From: Marsupella aquatica
Lineage: Eukaryota > Plantae > Marchantiophyta
DNA length: 64,000 nucleotides
Assembly: GCA_973895155.1 (NCBI GenBank)
Contig: OZ316891.1
Location: 18,749,048-18,813,047, forward strand
Direction: 5' to 3'
A program made the translations under genes and the position numbers. How positions within the stretch are numbered: the stretch's first letter is position 1; each line of letters starts with the position of its first letter. This document shows positions 48,830 through 61,339 of this stretch, one piece after another. Below the pieces are notes generated by a model. The model was not told the origin of the DNA and did not search any database. It saw only the letters and a list, made by a program, of their open reading frames with translations.

Positions 48830-49122
48830 TGTAAGAAACCGTCGCCTCCGGACTAGACAGCAACGTGGAAACATGAGAGACACTCAATCAAACGCTACAC
48901 CGACGAGACACCCCGAGTGGAGAAACTCCTGAAGGCTCCATAGCAAATGAGAGTACATGTGAAGAATGAGGGAGAGAGTTCTCTCCCTCCAACCTATACC
49001 CCCCAAGGGGGCCAAGATGAGTGGGCCTAAACAAAGTAGATCTTATCCTAATGTAATCTAGGGTTAACTAACCCTAGTAAGGCCAAGCTAACTAAGTCGG
49101 GAACTGGAGTCAATTCCTAACA
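48830..49122 (-). repeat. Copia 3' LTR (293 bp)
   Basis: tgtaagaaacc..cctaaca; differs from the other LTR at 3 positions. Confidence 0.97.
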
Positions 49123-49137
49123 ATCTCCACCTTGACT
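49123..49137 (-). other. Polypurine tract of Copia element
   Basis: Minus strand AGTCAAGGTGGAGAT immediately before the 3' LTR. Confidence 0.85.
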
Positions 49138-49176
49138 CAAGTTCACACAATGAGTCAGGTGATATACAATATGTAA

Positions 49177-52100
49177 CTAAGTAACATATCTACATAGTCT
49201 CCAGTTTGGCCCTATAATATCCACACAATGACTAAAGCTACTGGTAGGTAACACTTTGGTAAGCATGTCTGCCGCATTCTCCTCTGAAGCCACCTTCTCC
49301 AGAAACATCTGCTTTGTCTCAATCACCTCACGGATGAAGTGATAACAAATATCAATGTGCTTTGTCCTGGCATGGAACACAGGGTTCTTAGCCAGATGCA
49401 AAGCACTTTGACTATCGCATAGCAGCACCGGTCTTTCAGGTGAAAGACCCAGATCACTCACCAATCTCCGTAGCCAGATCAACTCCTTGGTTGCCTCACA
49501 TGCAGCCATGTACTCAGCCTCAGTAGTAGACAACGCAACACAAGATTGAGTTGTCGACTTCCAACTGATACAGCCTCCACCCAACATAAACACATAGCCT
49601 GTAGTAGACTTCCTGTTATCCAAGTTACCAGCATAATCTGAATCTACAAAACCTTCCAACTCTAATGTAGAGTCTGCTTTACCGTCAAATAAGATCCCAC
49701 AATCTAAGGTACCTATCAGATACCGCAAAACCCACTTCACTGCTTCCCAGTGAAGCTTACCAGGATTTGCCATAAATCTGCTCAAAATGCTAACAGCATG
49801 GGCAATGTCAGGTCTAGTGCATGTCATCGCATACATCAAACTACCCACAATACTATCATAGGGAACATGTTTCATCGCCAATCTATCACTCTCACTAGAA
49901 GGGCAATCATTCTTTGAGAGTTTAAAGTGGGAAGCCAATGGAGTACCAACTGGTTTTGCATTCTCCATTCCATACTTGGCAAGTACCTTCTCCAAATACT
50001 GCCTCTGAGACAACCATAATTGCCTTTGCTCCCTATCACGATGAATCTCCATCCCTAGTATCTTCTTGGCCTGACCCAAGTCCTTCATTGAAAACTCCTT
50101 ACTCAGCATTGCTTTCAGATGGGCAACATCAGACTTATTCTCAGCCAGGATGAGCATGTCATCCACATACAATGCCAGCACAATGTAACCAAAGCGTGAG
50201 TAATTCTCCACCTCCTTCATGTAAATACAACAATCATGTTCACTTCGTGTGAACCCCTGAGATAACATGAAGGAATCAAAACGCTTATTCCACTGTCTGG
50301 GACTCTGCTTCAATCCGTATAACGAATGCAAGAGCTTACACACCAAGTGTCTGGTCTTCTCGTCAATAAAACCTGGAGGCTGAGTCATATAAATCTCCAC
50401 ATCAAGCAATCTATGCAGGAAAGCAGTAATTACATCCATCTGATCTAACTCAAGATCATAGAATGCCACAATCGCAAGTAAAACACGGATAGTAGCGAGT
50501 TTGACAACTGGTGAGAAAATCTCCGTGTAGTCCAAGCCGTCCTTCTGGGTGTACCCTTTGGCCACAAGGCGTGCCTTGTAAGTGCCATCCTGCTTCTTCT
50601 TGTACAACCATCTACACGGAACCAGTGTTTTCCCGCGAGGCATGTCAGTCAAGCGCCAAGTTGAATTCTTCTTCAAAGAATTCATCTCCTTCAACATCGC
50701 CTCCATCCACTTATCCTTCTTTGGAGAGGCCATAGCTTCTTCATAGCTAAAGGGGTCTCCATCTTCAGTGAGCAAAACAACACCGGGATCATCGTCATGC
50801 TCAACAACGTGAACACGAGGATCTGCAAAACCAAATCTATCAGGGGGTTGGCCAAAATTGGCCCTGGTGGAGCGCCTTGGTTGAGGAACTGCACCTCTAC
50901 CAGAGGGACCAGCAACTTCCTCATCACCACCAAGCTCCACTGTAGTGGGTTCCTCCACCTGTTCCTCCTGAATATTCCGGGGTCTTGACAACCATTCTTT
51001 GTCAAAAACAACATTTCTGCTCACAACTGCCTTGCAATCGACAGGATCCCACAATTTATAGCCCTTCTGCCCAGGACTAAGGCCTAGAAAAATGCATTTC
51101 TTAGACTTGGGATCCAACTTAGACCTGTGTGTCTGCTCAATGTGAACATAGGCAACACAACCAAAAACTCGGAGTCTAGAGTAATCAGCAGGTCTCTTAT
51201 ACCACAACTCAAATGGAGTCTGCATCAACTTACTACTGTGCGGTGATAGATTGTAGACGTATTGCATCTTGGTTGACAGCTTCAGCCCAAAAGTTGTTGG
51301 GCAACTTAGACTTACAAAGCATGCTACGTGCTTTCTCCAGTAATGTCCGATTCAACCGTTCTGCAACTCCATTCTGCTGCGGGGTCTCCGGTACAGTGTA
51401 ATGACACTTGAGGCCAAGGTCCCGACCAAATTGATCAAACTCATTGGACTTATACTCGCCACCGTTATCGGACCGAACACACTTCAACTCCTTCCTAGTT
51501 TGTAGCTCTACCATGGCTTTCCACTCCTTGAAGATCTCAAAGACTTGAGACTTCTCCTTCATGTAGTACAGCCAACACATTCGAGAGTAATCATCTACAA
51601 ACGTCACAAAATATCTGGCTCCACCCAACGACGGCTCCGGCGCTGGACCCCAAACATCCGAATGTACATACTCTAGAATCTCATGTGAATGGTATGAACT
51701 AGAATTGAAACTCACTCTCCTCTGCTTGCCGAAGATGCAATCTTCACAGAAAGAGAGTTTACCAGATTGAGCGCCTTGCAGCAAATCTCTGTTTGCCAAG
51801 GCTGCCAATCCTTTACCACTCAAGTGCCCCAACCGTGCATGCCACAAATCTATGGCTTGTGTGTGACCAGATGTTGAGGGTGCTTCAATTGAAGCAGCTG
51901 AAGATGACCCTACGGCAGATGTTGCCACTTTATCCGAGCGTTCCACCACAGAATCCACATGCTCCACTCTTGGAGCAATGACATCTCCTTCCAAGATGTA
52001 CAAATTATTCTGCCGTAGCGCCTTAATCAAAGATATATCATCTTTGACGACAAAGAGCGCACCATCACGTGCAATGAAATGAGATCCACCAGCTTCCAAA

Positions 52101-53200
52101 GCACCAAGAGAAATCAAATTCTTAGAGATGTCTGGTATGTGTCTGACTCCTGTCAGTGCTCGCACAACACCATCAAACATCCGGAATTTGATAGTCCCCA
52201 TGCCAACAATCGCACATCGAACTCCATTTCCGATTTCCACAGTACCGGTACAAGGTTGGTAAGTGGAGAAATACGATTGCGTTGGACACACGTGATAAGA
52301 GGAACCCGAATCCAACATCCATTTATTGTCATACACAGAATTCACAGCACCAATACATAGCACTTCAGCAGCATCCTCATTATCAGCAATCACAATACCA
52401 GCCAACGATGAGGACGCACCATTGAAAGCAGGACGCTTCTGCTGTGATAGAGAAGGACAATTCTACTTGGTGTGGCCCTTCTCATGGCAATGCCAACACT
52501 GAACTTTCTTACTATGGGACTTAGATTTAGATCTACTATGTGATTTAGATCTAGACTGATCCGTAGTACGCTCCATCGATCTGCCTCTAACCACTAAGGC
52601 AGCAGACTCATTGTCACGGCCAGAAAGTTGTCGCTTGCCCCATTCTGCAAGAACGGTAGCCTTCACCTCATCCAATTTCAACGTAGACTTGTCATGTGTG
52701 ATGACCGTCACCAATGTTGAATAGGTCTGAGGAAGCGACATCAACAAATGCATCGCAAGATACTCATCGGTCAACTTGTCTCCTGCCGTGACCACCTCGT
52801 GCACAATCTCATCGAAGAGACTGAGGTGATCACGCATGTTGCCACCATCCTTCAACTTCAACCTGAACAGCCGCTCCAAGTGATAAATGTGAGTAGTCAA
52901 CGAAGTACTCTGGTATAGCTGAGTAAGCATATCCCAGATCTTCTTGGCATTCCGGTCCATCCCCAACACGTTCTTGAGAATGTTGTTTGCCAAGAACAAC
53001 TCAATTGTGCTACACGCTTGCACCGACATGTCCTTCCACTTCTCATCTGTTAGATTCGAGGGTTTCACTCCAGTGAGGGTCTTCTCAAGACCTTGCTGGA
53101 TCAACACATTGGTCACCTTTCGAGTCCAGAGGCTGAAGCTAACCTTCTCGTCAAACTTCTCCACCTCAAACTTTGGCGCTGCAAGCTTTCTTGAAGTCAT
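49177..53200 (-). pseudogene. Copia gag-pol polyprotein with one premature stop and one frameshift
   Basis: ATG 53200 (MTSRKLAAPKFEVEKF). Zinc knuckle CWHCHEKGHTK*NC with TAG at 52463-52465. Protease WMLDSGSSYH. Integrase LWHARLGH, HSDVWGP, RSDNGGEY, PQQNGVAER, with a frameshift near 51268. RT YKARLVAKG, LYGLKQSPRQW, LYVDDML. RNase H ADMLTK. Confidence 0.95.
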
Positions 53201-54668
53201 TGATGCTGCCACAAACACACAGGAAATACACAACCAAAATATTTCCACCCAAAAATTCACCAAAAAATGAAAGTCGTTGAAATTGGAAATAGAATGCACC
53301 GCCGTGTAGCCTGCAAGGTACACTACCAAGATCTGAAAACAATTTGACGAAAAACTTCTTCAGCGAAAACTTATTCAACCCGAACCGGAGGGGGGTCAAA
53401 ATGGCCGTTTTGACCCCTATCGGGTATCTTAGGTCCCGAAACAATTCCGCAATAGTTAACTGCAAATCAATTTCACAAGCCCGTGCTCAACTCCCTTCAG
53501 CATCCCCTTGCAAAGTCTTACGGAAAAATTCTTCCTCGACAACTGCCGAAATTGGAATCGTGCCTTGCCCCCTCCGCGCATAGGGTCGCGCGTCGACCCT
53601 CCACTCTAGCCCTCCGTCCTGCTGTGCACCAGGTACAGGGGCCGTTAATGCCCCCCTTGTACCCCTCAAAATTCACTCGAGCCCTCCTGGCTTGATCAAA
53701 GCTCCTGGAAAGAGGGACCATTAACTCCCCTCCTAGCTCCTGGAAAAAGGGAGCTTAATGCCCCTCCTGGCTCCTGCACACCTCCATAGGGCTCTCAGCC
53801 CCCGTTTATTAAGTGCTCCTCAAAGGAGGAGGCTCTCTCCCCTCCCCTTCGCTCTTTCAGCATAGGGCAATGGGCCCCATTAAAGCTCCTGAGAGAAGGG
53901 AGATACGAATTTCCCTTCCCCATACTTAAAAGAAAATAAAATTTTACCAGCAAGTACAGTCGTACCTGCACAGGGCCTCGTGCCCTCTTCAAGAGCTCTT
54001 GAGAGGAGGGAGCTACGAACTCCCCCTCCCCACTCAATACAGTACTTTCAAGTACTGTACCTGCAGGTACAGATGTACCTTCTTAGACCTCGGGCTCTCC
54101 CTCAATGCCAACAGGGAACATAGGGCCTCGTGCCCGAAGATAATACATCGGCTGGACTCAAGCCCGTCCGCAGCGCCGTATAACGTTGCGATACGATGAC
54201 TTAAGGATGAACTAAAATTTGCAAAAATAATGCAACATTGGCCCCACAATTCACGACTTTTCATGAAGAGAAAGAGACTCCTTCGGCCCCACACGACAGA
54301 GAGTCGAACCTTACATAAGCCATAACCAAGAGCATAAAGCTCTAAACAGCAACCTCAATATACAAGATTACTCGGCACACCAATGATGAAAAGCACTGAA
54401 ACCTTCACCCAAACGTAGTGCCCGCCGACGCGCATAAGAGATCGCTAGACTGTCCTCTTGACAGTACTCCAAACAATAGAGACACATCTGACACTCCAAG
54501 CTGAAGTTTCAATCGGGAAACCGTCACCGTATTCAAGCACGAAACCTTCAACGCGAAACGACCAGTGAAACAATCACACAATCATCGACGACGATTCAAT
54601 CTTCCACCACGATCCAACACAATGAAACGCTCTCACCACTGCCCAGGCCACCGAACCACGAACATGTG

Positions 54669-54680
54669 GCTCTGATACCA
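54669..54680 (-). other. Primer binding site, tRNA-iMet
   Basis: Minus strand TGGTATCAGAGC, 2 nt after the 5' LTR. Confidence 0.92.
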
Positions 54681-54682
54681 CT

Positions 54683-54975
54683 TGTAAGAAACCGTTGCCT
54701 CCGGACTAGACAGCAACTTGGAAACATGAGAGACACTCAATCAAACGCTACACCGACGAGACACCCCGAGTGGAGAAACTCCTGAAGGCTCCATAGCAAA
54801 TGAGAGTACATGTGAAGAATGAGGGAGAGAGTTCTCTCCCTCCAACCTATACCCCCCAAGGGGTCCAAGATGAGTGGGCCTAAACAAAGTAGATCTTATC
54901 CTAATGTAATCTAGGGTTAACTAACCCTAGTAAGGCCAAGCTAACTAAGTCGGGAACTGGAGTCAATTCCTAACA
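54683..54975 (-). repeat. Copia 5' LTR (293 bp)
   Basis: Near-identical to 48830-49122 and followed by TSD GAAGG. Confidence 0.97.
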
Positions 54976-55416
54976 GAAGGCATGTGGGCTTTGCACTTGA
55001 TGTGGTGGGGCAGCTGATCCAGAATGAAGGAGAATGATGTATGCTACGAAACAGAGATGAGGTGAGTCAAAGCTACCTCCCCAATTTTGAAAAATAACCA
55101 GAGTTACAAGATGGACCACAAATCAGTAACTTTCAACCACTGCCCTACTATGAGAGGCCTTATTGGGTTGCTTTAATTGCCTTTGGAACCCTGTCTCCTC
55201 CTGCTATGGAGTTTTTGTCCTCTCTCTCTCTCTCTCTTAATAGAATATGCAAATGTGTTGGGTTTGTTTTCCCTTGATTGAGTTTTTTGTTTGTTGGGCA
55301 CCTTTGTTTTATAGCAATTTGAAATGTACAGTAAATGTACAGCAGTTAACTTAGCCCAAACTTGCCCCACAATATGTAACCGTGGTTTAGCTCCCTGGAT
55401 CCTGGGAACCCGCTGC

Positions 55417-55565
55417 GATTGGTCGAAACAAACATTTACACGTCATGCACGTCAGAGCGTGCCCAAATTATGTGCTGTGGTATGCATCATCGACCGACAT
55501 CGAGGAAGAAACCCATTTCACCCTATAACTCTATTATTAAGGAATCCACCAGTGTTATATATATC
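55417..55565 (+). promoter_or_regulatory. Candidate TIN1 promoter: CCAAT (reverse), two TGACGTG bZIP/UPRE-like cores, TCATCG, TATA
   Basis: ATTGG 55418-55422, ACACGTCA 55438-55445, GCACGTCA 55447-55454, TCATCG 55487-55492, TATATATA 55556-55563. Confidence 0.45.
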
Positions 55566-56450
55566 ACAGTGCCCAAGGGCTAAAAACGCCGAACGCCGAC
55601 ACGTGTTCGTTCCATGATACGTTAAAACACGTTCCATGATACGTTAAACTTTAACGTACCATGGAAGTGTGGTGCAGAACGCACGATCGCAACAGCGGCC
55701 AACTGGATCCTTCTCATTTGTCGGTTCTCCGTGCCCATCTCCTCTTTGTGTCCTCTGTATCGGCCCTTCGGCTCGTAGAAATTTCTCCGAGGTCCACTTC
55801 TTCATGACTCTCCTCTGGTCTCCCTCGATGAGTTTGTCAACCCTAATGTGCATTTCTCTCCGCGAATTGATCTAGTCGCGTTTGGAAGGTCGAAACCTAT
55901 TTTGATTTTTCGTCAGGCGCAGTGGATTTCGAGTTTTCTGCGTCGTCGCACGGGTTGCTCTAATTTCAGTGTGTTGTTGTTGTTGTTGGCTCTGTGTATC
56001 TGTCGTTTGTAGTGACCCGGTTTGGGTTCCTGTCTTTTTTCCGCGGATCAGGATTTCGTTTGATAGGTTGAGAGCTCTCTTGATTTCTCGTCGAGTGTAG
56101 TGGAATTCGAGTTCTCTCTGGATCTTTGCACGCGGTGCTCGTGTTTCATTTGTGTGGTGGTTGTTGTCGTCGGCTGTGAGCATCCAATCTCAGATGCTTT
56201 TACCCGGGTCCCCTCCTGGTTCCGCGGATCGGGATTGGACTTTCGTCCGTCTTTGTGATTGAGCTTGATTTGGCACACTGCGAGCGTGTGTCCTCCTAGC
56301 GGTCATTCCGCGTGCAATCTCGTCCAATTGCGTCGGTCGGGCAGTGGATCATCCATTGAGGAGCTGAGGTGGTGCTGTGTTCTCGGAGGACCTGCAGTGT
56401 TGCTTCCGTGTGAGGGATCCGTTTGTGGACGCCTGCCCCGGCCATCAACC

Positions 56451-58501
56451 ATGGGTTTGGAACAGGGCCGAACTCTGACTTTTTTTGCTCTGACTTTTTT
56501 ATCGATCACCGGCGACGCTTTTCCTTTTCTGACCAAGGAAGGCATTCCGGATTATGCGTCGAAAGCCGTGACGGTATGCCCAACACTCTGTGGTTCAGTT
56601 TCTAGGGATTGTGTATCCGTATCTGCTTGCTCTTGAATTTGTCATTCATGCCTTAGTTGATTGGGTGAACTTACGAGCGCTTCCCCGAATTGGTTTGAGG
56701 ATTGGCAACTGAGCGCCATGATACAATAATCGAATTAAGGGATACCGTTCTACATGTGAACTTGATGACGAGCATCTGTTTCAAGTGTACCTGGGCCGGA
56801 CTCGGTGACGGTCTTATCTTGTTATATCCCCTTGTCAAACAGGGCTGAGATTCTGGCTTTTCTTTATTGGGAATGGTGATCCGATGCGTTTCGGAGTTCC
56901 TTAAAAGCGGGACAAAATTGATTTCATCTGGTGTTTTGTTTCAGGAGGCAGCAGATGTCTTTGTACAAAGAGTTGGTTGGAATAAGGATACCCTTAAGAT
57001 TTCCTCTGTGGACATGAAGGATGCGAAATTAGGTGAAACAGTTACGTATGAGTTTGACATTGAGATTGGGGGTGTAGTTCTTCCGATCTTTCTGAGAGAC
57101 GAAGTCTCAGCTTGGCGCTTCCTAGAGGATGTGGTGGGCGCAAACGAGGAAGGTTCAGGGAAAGCAATCAATGTTTGGCATCCAGAGTATATGGCGGCCA
57201 CTTTGGAGCCGTTCCAGTTAGCTGGACCTGTGGACTTGTGGATTCAGGATGCTGACAAGTTGCGGTTGGCAATGCCTGTAAGATCCCATTTCCCGACCAT
57301 CCTCTCTAGAACAAGTCAAGAAAATGACTGGAACTGAAGCGGTCGGAAGAGGCTTGTCTTTTGTGTATACAGGAATGTTGTTGTTGCTTAATAAATCTGA
57401 AGTAAATGGAGGATTAAATGGGTAGCGGAACACAACAACAATATAACTATGCTTTTCAAGTGATTTGCTTGGGTTTGCCAGAAACACTACTATTAACTTG
57501 TCGGGTTCGATAGAACTGACCAGGATGTAGAGAACGTGTGTTTAAGGTTATTCTCCGGACTACAAGTAAAATTTGTTTAGGGTTTAATTTGTTTACCAAC
57601 GTAACATCTCTGTGGGGCATCTCGACTCAATAGAGGCTTTCGACCTTCGACGCAGAACTCGTCGAGCAAAAGGCAGCTACTAATTGTGGTTTGTGAACAG
57701 AACGAGGTGGACGCAGGGGTGTTAAAGAGAGTTCTTATTGCGGAAGGGGCTGTGATTACTGTAGAAGGAGCTCGGGAGGTGAGCTTGACACGTCCCCTGA
57801 AGTTGCCCCTGCCTTTGCTCAGAAGTTCAGACAACGATGACTTGGCGTCGACTTTGTTGAATCTTGCTTCGCGTCTGCGCCTTGCTTCTAATTCTGAAGG
57901 CAAGCCCCTGTCTATGAGAATCGTTGGTCCAAGTACGTTGATGGCTGCAGCTTCAGAGAATTCGAAAACCACAAAAGCTGGATTGAAAGTAAAGAGACTT
58001 TCCCCCAGTGCTGTCGAGTTGGTTTCTCGTAGTGAAATTGCTGCATTGGAACCTCAGGACAATCCGCTGAGCTTGCCATCGTTGTGGCCTTTGGCCTCAC
58101 TGAATGTGTCCAGCCCAATGTTGGTGGATCTTGAGAAGGCGTTGTTTGCATTATTGGGCCCTAATGCTTACAAACAGGGGTCTGTCACTCTTCTGAAGGC
58201 AAAGGCGAAAGTAGCCAGTTTTGTCAAGATTTCATTTCTGTTGGAATCACAGGTGACAAACGAAACTTCAACCATGGAAGAGTGGCCAGAATGGGCACCA
58301 AAGCCATCTGTCGAAAGGATGCAGTTTGAACTCTTGGCAAAGGTTGAAGATGGCCTGTTGCGACCACTGACTGTGAATCAGGTACCATATGGAGTATACC
58401 CAACTGTGTCGGTCTCCTGGGGCAAAATGACTGGGAACCGAACTGTTAACAATGCCCCCTTCATGGGGACAGTAGCTCCAATGTCCCTTGACATTGATTA
58501 G
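56451..58501 (+). CDS. TIN1: TUNICAMYCIN INDUCED 1-like secreted/ER protein, 3 exons, 418 aa
   Basis: Exons 56451-56573, 56945-57277 and 57701-58501 (1257 nt, GT-AG, in frame), with an N-terminal signal peptide. PFQLAGPVDLWIQDADKLRLAMP-NEVDAGVLKRVLIAEGAVITVEGAREVSL..P..LPLPL matches the conserved core of plant TIN1 as recalled. Confidence 0.88.
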
Positions 58502-59622
58502 GACGATTTTGCTTGAAGATTTTTTGGAACTCTCATCACTTATTGTGATGAAGGGAGGATGTGAGAACTTCTCGTCTCTCCACCCACCGCTCACAGTAGA
58601 CGGGCATGAGTTGTTTCTCCAAGTCATTGAGAGATTCCTCTACAGCTGTGAATTAAGGTAGAGGTGTATTTTTTTGGACCAATGTCCAATTGATCGAGCT
58701 ATGCATACTATGATCACCTCTTTGGGGATCATGTCATACGAATTATGTACAAATAATGACAAACAATGGATTTCTGTACTCTTTCTCTTGGGGCTGCCAC
58801 TGATTACTTTGTGCCACAACCCAAATTTTGTAGCTGGCTGCTTCTGTATCTCCCTTTGAAGTCCACGGGAGCTCCTTGAATTAGAGCTCACCTAAACTTC
58901 ACTAGGTCAGAGCTCTCCCAACATGAAGGAAATAGTGAAAAAAGTTGGTCTCGCACAATTCCACGAAGGAGAAAACGACGACACAACTTGCCATATTTTA
59001 ATGCTGTTATATGGCTAATTCACGTTTCAGTATTTTGTATTAGTCAGATGTTGCTTCAATGATTTTTTTCCCAATGTGCCTCAAGGTTTATCATTTGTAT
59101 TATTTTGAACTTATTTGGTACCTTCAAAGTTTTTAAGAGTTGCTATCCTAGAGCTCTCTTTCCCACTGAATTCCACTAATTTTAGATTTCGATGATTAGG
59201 ATCCAATCCCTTTAGCAACTTCAAAGGAGTTTTGAGTTTCTACCACTTCTACCTCTTGAGGGATTGTACATTTCTCATGAGTGAGAGAAAGAAATGATTT
59301 CAAACAATTGGACACCTATGGAGCTGATCATAGTGAGTTTTGTGAGCTTATGGTTTTGATTGATTCAGAGTGTCATTACCCCAGGCAAGTGAGTACTTTG
59401 ACTGATTTGAGTGTCATGACATTCTTTATAATGTACCTAAGGCAAGTGACTATTGTACCTTATGTGCACAACTCTTGAATACCATAGACTTTTCCTAGTG
59501 TCTATGTATTTTTGCTGGTCATTATGTGAGATACATTTGACTTCTACTTTGTATGATCATTGTGTGAAATATATTTGCTTTGCATGTGTTATATTTCAAC
59601 CCTTCTATTTTATCCCAACCCA

Positions 59623-61339
59623 TCTACTACTATAATAACCAATCCCGCCAGTTTTAGTCCTTTGTCCCGTTACAAAAATGAAAAAGGAGGGAACAAAGCT
59701 AAGCCATCAGATATTTTATAGAATTATTTATGGCTCTTGGATTGAGTGAGATGGGAACCTAAAATTGGCTTTAAGTTATAGTACAAGATAGATATCTAAG
59801 TTATAGTACAAGGTAGATATAATATGTCATAGAGTACTTGCATGTGTTATTGTAGTTATTTTATAGCTTGAATATAATATTTTTGGCATGGAGCATTAAA
59901 GTGTAAGTATATTATTTTATAGTCTATTAATTTAGAGTACATTTGGCATGGGGCATGAAAGTGAAAAGATTTACTTGAGATAATGGTTTTGGTAGGAAAC
60001 CAGGGCTAAGGGGAAGAGAGTAGGTTGACATTATATTATTTTGGCTTTTGCTCTTAAAAAGGAGATTTAACTCTTTGGAAGTTAGTTAATTTTTAGTTAT
60101 CTTGCATGGACCCCAATTTCTATTTTGCACAATGATATCTTTCACTCAACAAAAGTTTTTGTATAATAATGTATTTTAACAATTATTATTTTTATTCAAC
60201 AATTATCTTTTTCACCATGTACGATCTATTTCTCAACAACATCTTAACCAAACAACATCTATTATGCAACGCACGGGGATTGAAAGGATATCGAGAGAAT
60301 GGTCATCTTTGCTAAACCCTAAAACACTAAACCTGAAACCGATAATATAACGTTGCTCCAATTTATAGTGGTCGCCATTCAAATGCATGGGCATTTTGGG
60401 TAAAAAAACAAAACAAAGAAAAAGACTCACTCCTTAGTTTCCTTGATTTTTTATTTCATAACATCTTTCACATTATAACGATAGCTTGGGTGAAACAACA
60501 CCATTTTTCTTTTAACATCTTTTACTTCACGATATTTTTGGCAAAATGACACCCTTTTCTTAATAACATCTTTTTACTTTGTGACATCTTTCACTTAACA
60601 ACATCTTGGGCAACACGATATCTTATTTCTTAACAACATCTTTTGTGCAATGCACGGGTATTTTCCGTGGAACGATGTCTTGGACGACACAACGTTTTTT
60701 CCTCAACAACATCTTCGCCAACATGACAATTTTTTCTCAACAACATCTTGGCCGACACAATGTCTTTTTCTCAACGACTTCTTGGCCGACATGACATTTT
60801 TTTGCTCAATGATCTCTTGGCCCACACGGCATCGTTTTTTCTCAACGTCTTCTTGGCCGACACGACATCTTTTTTTCTCAATGACCTCTTGGGCGACAAG
60901 GCATCTTTTTTCTCCGCGACCTCTTGGTTGACACTACATATTTTCTTTCAACGACCTCTTGGCCAATACAACATCTTTTTTCTCAACGACATTTTGACCA
61001 ACACAACTACTTTTCTCTCAATGACCTCTTGGGCGACACGACATCTTTACTCTCAACGACCTCTTGGGCGACATGACATCGTTTCTCTCAACGACCTCTT
61101 GGGCAACACGACATCTTTTCTCTCCACAACCTCTTGGGCAACACGACATCTTTTCTCTTTGTGACCTCCTAGGCAACACTACATCTTTTTTCTCCACGAC
61201 CTCTTGGCTGACACTACATCATTTTTCCTCAATGACATCTTGGCCGACACGACTTCTTTTGTGCAACGCACATCATTTTTTCTCAATGACATCTTGGCCG
61301 ACACAAATTCTTTTGTGCAACGCACAGGTATTGAGCTAG
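59623..61339 (+). mobile_element. Non-autonomous Helitron (1.7 kb) with internal minisatellite
   Basis: A|TCTACTACTATAAT 5' end at 59623. 3' hairpin tgtgcaacgcaca followed by ggtattgagCTAG|T (61336-61339). Inserted between A and T with no TSD. ~30-bp gacctcttggccgacacgacatctttt units span 60470-61310. Confidence 0.8.

Larger units (their letters stand above)
48830..54975 (-). mobile_element. Full-length Ty1/Copia LTR retrotransposon (Tnt1/Tork-like), 6146 bp
   Basis: Two 293-bp TG..CA LTRs, a 5-bp TSD GAAGG (48825-48829 and 54976-54980), PBS, PPT, and gag-PR-IN-RT-RH order. Confidence 0.98.
48629..55160. mobile_element. Small (~380 bp) Harbinger-related MITE split by the Copia insertion
   Basis: 48684-48770 (gttatgggagctcccgtaaacattatgggagccaatcttcggctatcataaggaaagcccgcaggct) is homologous to 15792-15860 of the Harbinger left end. 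Degenerate TIRs TTA|TAGTGTCTCAAT (48629) and TATGAGAGGCCT (55149-55160). Confidence 0.55.

Noticed and set aside
52463-52465. Programmed stop-codon readthrough between Copia gag and pol
   Set aside because: The TAG falls inside the CCHC zinc knuckle (between His and the last Cys), Copia gag-pol is normally one ORF, and a separate frameshift exists. A point mutation is more likely.
60606-61339. Repetitive ORFs (TSWATRHLF / NDLLG..TSFF) and similar F/L/S-rich ORFs at 21211 and 32108
   Set aside because: They are translations of the Helitron minisatellite.
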